DNA from: Chiloscyllium plagiosum | Lineage: Eukaryota | DNA length: 46,640 bases | Direction of reading: 5' to 3' | NCBI RefSeq assembly: GCF_004010195.1 | Contig: NC_057718.1 | Span: 58,484,786-58,531,425 of the forward strand | Part shown: piece after piece, positions 36,655 to 46,640 of the stretch | How positions within the stretch are numbered: the first letter of the stretch is position 1 | How the letters are laid out: each line of letters opens with the position of its first letter | Notes under the pieces: generated by a model | Database searches by the model: none | Seen by the model: only the letters and a program-made list of their open reading frames with translations | What the model was told of the DNA's origin: nothing | Program-made: the position numbers and the translations under genes

Positions 36655-37050
36655 TTGAAGATGGTAGACATCGAGATGGACAAGCTGTTCAGCCACAACG
36701 GTCATGATCTTTGGAAGGTGATTGGTGGCTGGCAGTGTTGAATTCGCGGCCTCAGTGTGGAATTGAACTCATGGCCTCAACATGGACTCAACTCCTGGCC
36801 TTGAGGTGAAGCCCAGCAAGGTGGGAGTTGGAAGGAGTGTTATTCTGAACTCTTATTTCTCCATTTTTCTAACTTATTGCTGAACTTTTTATTTCTTTAT
36901 TTTCCTATTTTTTTCCTTCCCCAAGAATTTGTACTTAAGAATCTGTACTGAGGTACCTTGGTACTTAAGATGGCGCCATAAGTGGAGACATGTAAACTTT
37001 TCACTGTATTCATGTGAGTACATGCGATAATAAAACTAATTCTGATTCTA
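36655..37050 (+). mobile_element. Probable non-autonomous retro-element with a Rex/Babar-like 3' tail
   Basis: Ends in CTTTTCACTGTA...GTACATGCGATAATAAA plus ATTCT repeats. Family assigned from memory only. Confidence 0.4.
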
Positions 37051-37924
37051 GAAACATAAAGTTCAGCTTCAATAGTAAACAGAATCTTACGTCCTCTTCA
37101 CCCACAGTATTCAACTGCAGCAAATATACTTGGGACTGAGCATTGCAGAGTGGAACTCTGCCCCACCAAGCAAAATTCAACACAGAAGTCACAACTATGG
37201 CAGAAATGGTCTTCTCAGAAAATGGAAGGCTGCCAAAGAATACTTAAGAAGAATCAAACTTCTGAGTATAGGACCATTGAATTTCTGGAAAAACATCCTG
37301 TTTTGTGTTCAGAGACATACAGTAATCAGTATACATTTACTCTGCTGGTGCACAACATTCACTATGTTTGTTTCTGTTAATAAATGGAGAATAGGCTAGT
37401 GAATTTGTACACTTGAAAGAGAATGATCTTGATGCATAGAGCAGAACAGGAATAGCCTTGGATTGTTTAAGCACAAGTGCACTGGTAGTTATGCAGGAAA
37501 AGATTTGGATTCCCATGCTGATGTCAAGCAGTGTCTTTTGTCTGATATACTGTGCCACTAATACATACCATCTGGTAACCATGCTGCTTGCCCATAATAT
37601 AGCTGTCAATTAACCATCACAGTTGACGGCAGAATTCACTGATCCAAGAACAAATGTTCAACCAATGGCATTGTTTCCATTGTCCTGCAGTGATTCTGAC
37701 AATCTTTCACTTCGTTGATTCATATGCATAAAACATTACCATAACATCCTGGATTACTGCAACAACATTAATGTCAAAAAAAAATCCCTGTATGTGTAAG
37801 AGAATGCCAGAAAGGTTAGTTTGGACAGGAAGGGGAAAGTTAGAAAAGGTGAATGATAGCTGAACCAAAAGAGATTCCCAAGTTTTCTGAGACGGGGCGA
37901 TGTATAAAGAATCAAGGGTTCTAT

Positions 37925-38415
37925 GACAACAATGCAAACTTTAATTTATGTAGCATTAATCATGTAGGAAAACAAAGTTTGAGTTGAGGTCACATCAGAT
38001 AGTAGGATGGACGAAAAGGCATTTTAAGTAGGTCTTAACAGAAAGGAGATAGGTAGAGAAGCAGAGAGGCTTAGGGACAGAAACCCGGGCCAAGGCAACA
38101 CAATGAATGGCCACCAATGATAAAGTGGTGGAAGTAGGATATGTACAAGAGACTAGACTTATAACAACACAAAGATTAGTTGCAATTAGGGATGGGTAAT
38201 ACACATTGGCTTGGTCAGCAAAATCCACATTCCATGAATGAATAAGAAGAAAATCTCAAAGATTTGTAGGGCTGGAGGATGTTACAGAAATGAGACAAGA
38301 CAAGATCGTGGAGAGATTTCAAAACAAGGTCAAATATTTTAAAATTGAGCCTGCCAGACTGGGAGCCAGTGTACATCAGTGAGGCCCCAGATGAGAAGTG
38401 AATGAGATTTAAAGT
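37925..38415 (-). mobile_element. Old L2-like LINE 3' fragment with an inserted SINE tail (38180-38252)
   Basis: Purine-rich antisense pattern (ATTTATGTAGCA..., GGGAGCCAGTGTACATCAGTGAG) typical of L2 3' ends; degenerate. Confidence 0.5.
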
Positions 38416-40723
38416 TTAAATTCACTTTTTCAGAAGACAGTACTGGCTTTGCCTTTTCCAGGTCATTACTAGTGGATGGTATTTCCACCTCCCTGCTGTG
38501 CCCATCTGTTCCTGACATTTTTCTGTGAGTTGCTGTTACTTATGATGCACCATCAACTGCCAGGTAAATTTCTGCTGACAAGGGAGAGTCTGTCAGTGAA
38601 GAAAGAGCATCCCAATAGTGCTTCTGTTCGATAGAGGTTCAGTGACAGAAAAGAGTCTTTTTGAAAGGATTGCTTCCTTGTGAAGGTAGTTTAGACATGT
38701 TTTGGCAGGGCAGCATTGTGTCAGAATTTCTAGCAGTATGATCAAAATGCCATGGTATTGATGTCAGTTTTTGAACACTTATGAATCAGATTTGGAAGGA
38801 CTCAATATGTGAAGGAACAGTAATATACCTGTGTTTGGATTCTGGTACATAGATTTTTAAGTTTTATGTCCCTTTCTTATCACTCTTTATCAGCAATAAT
38901 CAGGAGTAATGATGCCAAACTTGTACCTGGAGATGATCAGCCCTTAATAGAACATATTCATATTCATGTGACTTTATATTTCTGGCCTGGAAGGGTTTTA
39001 AAATTAATTGACATTGAAGTTCTGTCTTGTAAGAAGTTGTCTAACATTGATTTCTTAAAAATTCTTCCCTTTTTAACTAAAAATAAGTAATGAAATCTGC
39101 ATTTTGTTTTTCTGGGAATATTTATTAATTAAATAATTCTTGATGTATTCAGTATTACATCAAAGTAAGAGATAATGGAGAGATGGCACACAATAGATTT
39201 ATATTTAATCAAAAATTTTACTTATGCATAGACTCAGTTCAAAACACCATAAATCAGTCAAGTGTTTTTTTAAAATTTAGCTCAATATTTCCTGGAAAAA
39301 AGTATTGGTGATTCCAGTTTTACTTATTCAAGCAAAATCCAGCCTCATAGTTGTTTTTAATTAATGTTTTACTGAGTCTGCCATTCATTTACAGCTGGCT
39401 TTAATAGGAGCTGCTGCAAAATGATAATTATTGCTGGTGTAGCACAGTACAATTTGTAGTCAGGAAATGGTAACATTACCCACATAGGATGAATTGCACA
39501 ATTAATTGAATGTATGTAGCCAAAAACTGAAAATGATGTGAAGTCAAGCACTTGTTTGTATTTATTCATTTTTATACCTCACAAATTTCATCAGAACACC
39601 ACCACCAATTTAAGCAGGAAAATTACAATCATTAAGCTGTAGTTCAGACCATTGTAAGATAATTGTCACGCTATGAATGTGACAGACTCCAATTTATGTT
39701 ACCACGATAGCAATTAATCACATTTCTTCATCTCGTCTCCCAAGGCACATACAGAATTTATTTATTTGCAAGAATAATAAATTTTCAGTTAAGAGACCCA
39801 ATGTGATAGCACTTAATTAGAAAATATTACTGTACTTGTATCGGGGGATTGTATTTTGATGCAAACAATTTTGGCAGTTATGTATATTTTATTAGGACTG
39901 TTAGTAAGAATAGCTGAGTAGAGATCAGAATGTGTGTCTATTTTCATTTGTCACATCACCAAAATCATATCCTCTTCAATTGTCCATCATAGTGTTTCTG
40001 CCTTTATTGCTGTAAAGGCAGGATGTGGAGGAACCATTCCATTTTATTGCCTTTATCTTTTTGAAGTTGATGATGCAACTGTTGTTTTTCTTGTTGTTCC
40101 ATTAGAGTTATGCTGGCAGATAGTAGAATATCTGAAGAATTTTGGGAAAGAGAATTTTATGTGAATCAAACCTATTAAGTGCTGTAGGTTATATTGGTGG
40201 AATAATATTTAATCCATTTCTGTGACCATTTTTTGCTATTTTGTGTAGGCATTAACTCATTTAGTTTTGAAGAGTCAATGCAGAGGTCTCAGTCTTGAAT
40301 GCAGAGCAGAGAGGAATGCCTTTTAAATGCATTTAGCATTCATCCATTAATATTACCAACAGCACTTCTCAGGTTTCTATCTGTAATTGCACAGAATGCC
40401 TATCCTTGCCAAGTGAATCTGTAAAATGAGCAGAAAGATGATCGATAATTTCAACTTGTTTACCCTGCTTTTGCTTAGTGTCTTTTTCATTCTCATTTTC
40501 CGATGTTGCTCTCAAGGCAATTACATTAAACAAAATCAATTTATTAAGACACAGGAACGTAAGTTAATAATCACGGCAGCCACATAAGATGTTATTGCAA
40601 TTGAAATGCATGCACGGTTGTGTCAGCTTTGTTGTCTGCATACTGTTTATAGTAAGATAGCAACTTAAATCAAGTAATTATTTGTATTTCACATGTAACA
40701 TAAACTAGTGGCAGACATTCTAC

Positions 40724-40785
40724 CTGTAAGTGTTGAACTCCAGCCCAATTACATTGAATAATCTGATGTCAGTCTGATTCTGTGG
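40724..40785 (-). CDS. Predicted internal exon (62 nt): PQNQTDIRLFNVIGLEFNTY(R)
   Basis: Acceptor TTATCCCTTAAATAG (in-frame alternative CAG 6 nt further), donor CAG|GTAGAA, phase 0 to 2; only this frame is open. Confidence 0.6.
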
Positions 40786-40938
40786 CTATTTAAGGGATAA
40801 TGTCCCAGACAATCTGATAGGAAGACACTTGTTGCAACAACGTAGCCTGGAGTTATGCATCAGAAACATACAGAAGTACTAATATAACTGACCATAGGAG
40901 GATTTCCCAGGATGTTCAAGCTTCCGGAGGGCAATTAC

Positions 40939-40974
40939 CCAGTATTTGGAGTACTCGTAAAAAAAAATTCCATT
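40939..40974 (-). CDS. Possible upstream exon (36 nt): NGIFFYEYSKYW; boundaries uncertain
   Basis: Acceptor CTCAG, donor TGG|GTAATT, phase 0 to 0. A competing exon at 40872-40920 (LNILGNPPMVSYISTS, donor GTATGT) is also phase-compatible. Confidence 0.3.
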
Positions 40975-41139
40975 CTGAGTTTGAGTCAGAGACTTAACTA
41001 CGCTGTGGACTCACCTTGCTTAATAGTTACTCATGAAAAATTAGAGGTATTAAGACCAACTTGCCCACCCAAACCATGTTAACTACTGTTAGCAGGAGCC
41101 CTTAAGCTGTTTCTGAGCCATTCTTTGCCTGTTCTCTAT

Positions 41140-44100
41140 CAGCAGGATCGAGAGTCCGGAAGATTGTGTTGCCTTTCTGGGGCTCGGGTTGAGGATATCT
41201 CATCTGGGCTTCAGAGAAACTTGGAATTGGAAAGTAAAGATCCAGTGGACGTGGTCCACATAGGTACCAATGACATAGATAAAACTAGGGCAGAGAATCT
41301 GCTCAGGGAATATGAATAACTAGGAGCTAAAGTAAAATGCAGAACCAAAAAGGTAATAATCTCTGGATTACGATCTGAGCCACAAGCTAATTGGCACAGG
41401 GTCAATAAGATTAAGCAGGTAAATGTGTGGCTAAAAGATTAGTATGGGCGAAATGGGTTTGAATTCACGGGACACTGGCGCCAGTACTGGGGAAGAAGGG
41501 ACCTGTTCCGATGGGATGGTCTTCATCTGAATCTTACTGGGACCAGACATCTTGCGAATTACATAACCACAGCTGTAGGCTGGGCTTTAAACTAAATTTG
41601 GGGGAGAGGGGAGGGTTCAGTTATAGGGGAATTTAGAAAACCTGAATTAAAGGAGGAGGTAAGAATGTGGAACTCAGGCGAGGTTATTAAAATTGACAAC
41701 ACAGACACAAATAGGACAGAGTGTTTGGAAAGGGTTAGTAGTCAAACTTCAAGCACACTGGACAAAAGAATGACAATGAGAAAAGAGGGATGGTTAATAT
41801 AGGACTGAAGGTGTTTTATCTGAATGCACACAGTATAAGGAATAAAGTAAATACGTTTGTGGCACAGATCAAAATTGACAGGTTTGACATGGTGGACATT
41901 ACAGAGACATGGGTCTATGGGAATTAGGATTGGGAACTGAATACTGTATTCAAGGCTGTGCATCCGATTGAAATGTTAGGCAGGTGGGCAGAGGGGTGGG
42001 GTTGCCTTATTAGTAAGAAATGAAATTAAATCAATAGTAAGAAATAAAGTAGGGTCAGATGGTGTAGAATCTGTGTGGGTAGAATTGAGAAACCACAAAG
42101 GTAAAAAAAAATGTTTGGAGGCCTATACATAAGTCCAACAAGTAGTCAGGAGCTGGGCGTAAGATACACGAGGAGATAAAAAAGATGTGTAGGAAAGGCA
42201 AAGTTACAGTGATTATGGGCGCTTTCAATATGCAGATGGCCTGGGAAAATTAGGTTGATATTGGATTGGAAGAAAAGAAACTTCAGAGAAACTTGGAGTT
42301 GGACAGTAAAGATCCAGTGGACGTGGTCCACATAAGTACCAATGACATAGATAAACCGAGGGCAGAGACTCTGCTAAGGAATGTCTATGAGATGGCTTTT
42401 TGGAGCAGCTTGTGGTGGAGCCCACTAGGGAGCAGGCAATTCTGGATTTAGTGTTACACAATGAGGTAGACTTGATAGGGAGTTTAAGGTGAAGGAACTC
42501 ATAAGAGGCAGTAATCATAATATGATTGAATTTACTCCACAATTTGAGAAGGAGAAGAGAGAATCAGAGGTAATCATATTACAGCTGAATAAAGACAAGT
42601 ACAGAGGCTTGAGGGAGGAGCTGGGCAGAATTGACTGGGAGAGGAGCCCAGCAGGAAAAACAGTGGAACAACAATGGCAGGAGTTTCTGGGAGTAATTCT
42701 GGAGACACAGCAGAGATTCATCCCGAGGAATAAGAAACATGGTACAGGGTGGATAAGGCAAGCATGGCTGAGTAGGGAAGTCAAGGATAAAAGAGAAAGC
42801 ATATAATGCGGCAAAGGGCAGTGGGAAACCAGAAGATTGGGAAGTTTACAAAGACCAACAGAGGATAGCAAAAAAAAATAAGAAGGGAGAACATTAAACA
42901 TGAGGGCAAGCTAGCCAGTAATATAAAGAAAGACTGAAAGAGTTTCTTTAGATATATAAAGGGCAAAAGTGGACATTAGATCACTGGAAAATGACGCTGG
43001 AGAGATAATAGTGGGGAACAAGGAAATGGTTGAGTAACTAAATAATTACTTTGCATCAGTCTTCATGGTGGAAGACATGAGTAATTTCCCAAAAATTCAA
43101 TAGAATGATGCGGCAGAGGTAAGTATGGTGGCCATCACCAAGGAGAAGTTGCTTGAAAAACTGAATGGCCTGAAGGTAGATAAATCACCTGGACCAGATG
43201 GACTACACCCCAGAGTTCTAAGAGAGATAGCTGAAGAGATAGTGGCGGCGTTAGTGATGATCTTTCAGGAATCATTAGAATCAGCGGAGGGTTTCATAGG
43301 ATTGGAGTATCACTAACGTGACACCCCTGTTTAAAAAGGGAGTAAGGCAAAAGATGGAAAATTACAGATCAATTAGCCTAACCTCGGTTATGGGTAAGAT
43401 CCTAGAATCCATTGTGAAGGATGACATTTCTGAATACTTGGAATTGTATTGTAAAATAGGGCAAAGTCAGCATGGTTTCATCAAAGGGAGGTCATGCCTG
43501 ACAAGCCTGCTAGAATTCTTTGAGGAAATAATGAGCAGGTTAGATCAAGAAGAGCAAATAGATATTATCTACCTGGACTTCAAGAAGGTCTTTGACAAAG
43601 TGTGCAGAGGAGGCTACTGAGTAAGATAAGGGCCCATGGTGTCACAGGCAAGGTGCTAGCATGGATAGATGTTGGCTGTCCCCAGGAAGCAGAGAGTGCG
43701 GATAAAAGGGTTCTTCTCAGGGTGGCAGTCGGTGATGAGTGGTGTTCCTTAAGGCTCAGTGTCAGGACAACAACTTTTCACTTGATAAATTAACGATCTA
43801 GATGAAGGAACTGAGGGCATTCTGGCTAAGTTTGTAGCTGATACAAAGATAAGTAGAGGGACAGGTAGCATTGAGAAGGCAGGGAAGCTGCAGAAGAATT
43901 TGGGCAGTTTAGGACAATCTGCAAAGAAATGGCATTTGGAGTACGATGTGGGAAAGTATAAGGTCATGCACTTTGGTAGGAAGAATAGAGACATGGACTA
44001 TTTTCTAAATGGGGATAAAATTCGGAAGTCTGAAGTGCAAAGAGACTTGGGAGTTCTAGTTCAGGATTCTCTCAAGGTAAACTTGGAGGTTGAGTCAGTA

Positions 44101-44750
44101 GTTAGGGAAGTAAAGGCAATTATGGCATTTATTTTGAGAGGACTTGAATATAAAAGCAGGAATTTACTTCTGCACCTCTATAAGGCTCAGGTCAGACCAT
44201 GTTTGGAATATTGTGCGCAGCTTTGGGCCCCATATCTCAGGAAGGATGTACTGGCCCTGGAAAATGTTCAGAGGAGGTTCATGAGAATGGTCCCAGGATG
44301 AAAAGCTTAACATATGAGGAACGTTTGAAGACTCTGGGTCTATAATCTCTGAAGTTTAGAGGGATGAGACTTCTTGAAATTGAAACATACAGAGTAATGG
44401 ATGGCCTGAATAGAATGGATGTTGGGAAGATGTTTCCATTGGTAGGAGAAACTACGACCCAAGGGCACAACCTTAGAGTAAAGGGAACACCTTTTAGAAC
44501 AGACATAAGAAGAATCTTCTTCAGCCAGAGAGTGGTGAATCTATGGAATTCACTGCCACAGAAGGCTGTGGAGGCCAGGTCATTGAGTGTATTTAAGACT
44601 GAGCTAGATAGATTCTTGATTGTCAAGGGGATCAAAGGTAAGAGGGATGGAGAATGGGGATGAGGAAGTTATCAGCCATGATTGAATGGCAGAGCAGACT
44701 CGATGGGCTGAATGGCCTAATTTCTGCTCCTATGTCTTATGATCTTATGT
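41140..44750 (+). mobile_element. Near-full-length decayed CR1 LINE of a different subfamily
   Basis: ORF1 esterase CCLSGARVEDI...VVHIGTND. ORF2 YLNAHSIRNK, KSPGPDGLHPRVL, QHGF...YLDFKKVFDKV, FFSQRVVNLWNSLP. Tail CCTATGTCTTATGATCTTATG. Confidence 0.95.
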
Positions 44751-44818
44751 TCGCCATTATATTTGAGATGTAATAAGATCAGTTAGCATTTGTGTCAAAG
44801 TTTGAGTCGGCCATGATT

Positions 44819-45205
44819 GGCTGCCAATAAATGTAAATATTTTTTGAACAGTTGCTCAGAAGCTATCTCCATATTTTAATATATAAATTTCTGTAATCTT
44901 TCTCAGCTGTTTTAATGCTATACAACATTTTTACTGAATTCTTCCAGATGATGTTGGGTTCCAGTTCAGACTCCAGTACTGTCACCTCAAATTTGAAAGA
45001 ATACACATTTATTTAGCATTTCTATTTCTTATTAAAGAGTTTTGTAAAGTAAATTGCCAAACCCATCATTTTATTTAGGATTTTAATGCACATGAACCCC
45101 AAAAAAGATTGATCTTTTCTCTCCACATTCAAACTTGGTTTTGTGAGGGGGAGTTTTGTGCTGAAAATTAGCAACCAGGATACATATGTACATTTATTGG
45201 CAGCC
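44819..45205. repeat. 387-bp segment bounded by 17-bp perfect inverted repeats (possible MITE)
   Basis: GGCTGCCAATAAATGTA (44819-44835) and TACATTTATTGGCAGCC (45189-45205); no clear target-site duplication. Confidence 0.5.
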
Positions 45206-45229
45206 GAAGGGCCTGTTGCATTTATTGGC

Positions 45230-45634
45230 AGCCACAAAAAGACATTACCCACTCTCACTAGTATCTTTATATTTCGATGAAGAAGGATACCACTTCGACT
45301 GGGACAACACATCCATCCTAGGACAAGCCAAACAGAGACACGTGTGAGAATTCAAAGAAACATAGCATTCCAACTGGAACCCTCGCAACAAACACGTTGA
45401 CTTGGATCACACTTACCACCCCATGAGAAAAAGAACAGGGAGTGACAAGACCAACCCAAGGAAACCTAAATGCATAAATCAAAAGTAGGCCATATCACCA
45501 GTGCTTCACCGGAGGCTCACTGATGATGTTACATAGTATGGTGACGAAACGTCTGAAAACAAGCCTTCCAGCTCAGCGAGCAAACTTATATCCAGAACCT
45601 CAACCTGAACTACAAATCTTCTCAAAACTCACTA
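45230..45634 (+). mobile_element. PLE (Penelope/Poseidon type) 3' fragment: GIY-YIG C-terminus plus terminal repeat
   Basis: Decayed translation TKRHYPLSLVSLYFDEEGYHFDWDNTSILGQAKQRH...NKHVDLDHTYHP, followed by a hammerhead. Confidence 0.82.
45517..45556 (+). ncRNA. Minimal type I hammerhead ribozyme (GUC cleavage triplet)
   Basis: TCA-CTGATGA-T-GTTAC(ATAGTATG)GTGAC-GAAA-CG-TC-TGA: intact core, palindromic ACGT, predicted cleavage after 45553. Confidence 0.82.
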
Positions 45635-45639
45635 GGGAA

Positions 45640-46395
45640 GGTGTGTTTGATTGTGGTATCCTGCTGGATGTGGCAGAAGTAATGGTGGAAGATTCTTTGA
45701 ATCTGGAAACTAGTAGGGTGCAAACTGATTGCAAAGATTAGATTAGATTCTCTACATTATGCAAACAGGCCCTTCGGCCCAACAAGTCCACACTGGCCCT
45801 CTGAAGAATAACCCACCCAGACCCATTCCCTTAGTCTATATTTACCCTGACTAATGCACCTATCACTAGGGGCAATTTAGCTCAGCCAATTCGCCTAACT
45901 TGCACATCTTTGGGAAGAAACTGGAGCACCCGGAGGAAACCCACACAGACACGGGGAGAATGTGCAAACTCCACACAGACAGTTGTTCAAGGCAGGAATC
46001 GAACCCAGGTCCCTGGCACTGTGAGGCAGCAGTGCTAACCACTGAGCCACCGTGCTACTCAAAGGGAACCCTATCATTCCTTGGGGAAGGAGAGTGGGCA
46101 GTAATACAGATTGGCTGAGGGCCCCGTCAACTGAATTATCATTTTTTAAAAAAGAAGACATGTCTGAGACATGTAAAAGATGGCATCATTGAAACAGATG
46201 TGAAGGAGACAGAGAAATTTGGAGATGTGATGGAAGCCTTGAGGAGGTAGGGTGTAAGGCAGTGTAGTCAAGGTAACTGTGGGAGTCTTTGGGTTTGTAG
46301 TGGAGTATTAATGGACAGTCAATCCCCAGAGATTAAAAGACAGAAATCAAGGAATGGAAGGAGAGAAGGGAGTCACAGATGGACCAGTGACAGTG
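45640..46395 (-). mobile_element. Old PLE RT/thumb fragment interrupted by an HE1 SINE
   Basis: Minus strand near 46255-46305 gives HYKPKDSHSYLDYT, matching the PLE KPTDSHSYLDY motif. Confidence 0.7.
45736..46058 (-). mobile_element. HE1-type SINE, full length, antisense
   Basis: Reverse complement of the 5713-6050 family with (GATTA)n tail; CAAAG on both flanks. Confidence 0.93.
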
Positions 46396-46431
46396 AAGTG
46401 ATGGTCAGTTAGCTCAGTTGGCTGGATATCC

Positions 46432-46640
46432 TGCATTGAAAATATGTTGCTGGAAAAGCGCAACAGTTCAGGCAGCATCCAAGGAGCAGGAGAATCAACG
46501 TTTCGGGCATGAGCCCTTCTTCAGGAATGAGGAAAGTGTGTCCAGCAGGCTAAGATAAAAGGTAGGGAGGAGGGACTTGGGGGAGGGGCATTGGAAATGC
46601 GATAGGTGGAAGGAGGTCAAGGTGAGGGTGATAGGCCAGA
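46432..46640 (-). mobile_element. PLE terminal repeat running off the window end, with hammerhead motif at 46494-46527
   Basis: Minus strand TC-CTGAAGA-A-GGGC(TCAT)GCCC-GAAA-CG-TT-GA. It truncates a SINE head at 46402-46426 (GGTCAGTTAGCTCAGTTGG). Confidence 0.8.

Noticed and set aside
40000..40135. Strong minus-strand acceptor (TTCTCTTTCCCAAAATTCTTCAG)
   Set aside because: In the required phase it reaches a stop after about 26 codons with no convincing donor. An alternative terminal exon cannot be excluded but is unsupported.
41009..41030. Donor AAG|GTGAGT upstream of the 40.9-kb candidate exons
   Set aside because: The intron to 40974 would be only 40 nt, and the phase needed for the 40920 acceptor contains a stop.

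Overview
Eukaryotic, repeat-dominated DNA that looks like an elasmobranch (shark) genome, inferred from HE1-type V-SINEs with (TAATC)n tails, CR1/HER1-type LINEs and Penelope-like elements (PLEs). Bases 1-5510 are a 24-bp satellite (CACACTGAGCTCCCTGCCCCACTC) that accounts for all long ORFs there. The rest is a patchwork of decayed CR1 LINEs, three tRNA-derived SINE families, PLE copies carrying minimal hammerhead ribozymes, Tigger/pogo-type MITEs, an RTE fragment and a deleted endogenous-retrovirus relic with a tRNA-Ser primer-binding site. Between the repeats, and absent from the ORF track, is the apparent 3' part of a minus-strand host gene. It consists of very small exons (about 41 kb down to 18.6 kb) that splice in frame to roughly 100-113 aa, ending in a stop and followed by AATAAA. 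By eye the peptide resembles a divergent STING C-terminal domain; this is an untested hypothesis. There are two assembly gaps (4767-5171, 31498-31564). All calls were made by reading the sequence, with no database searches.
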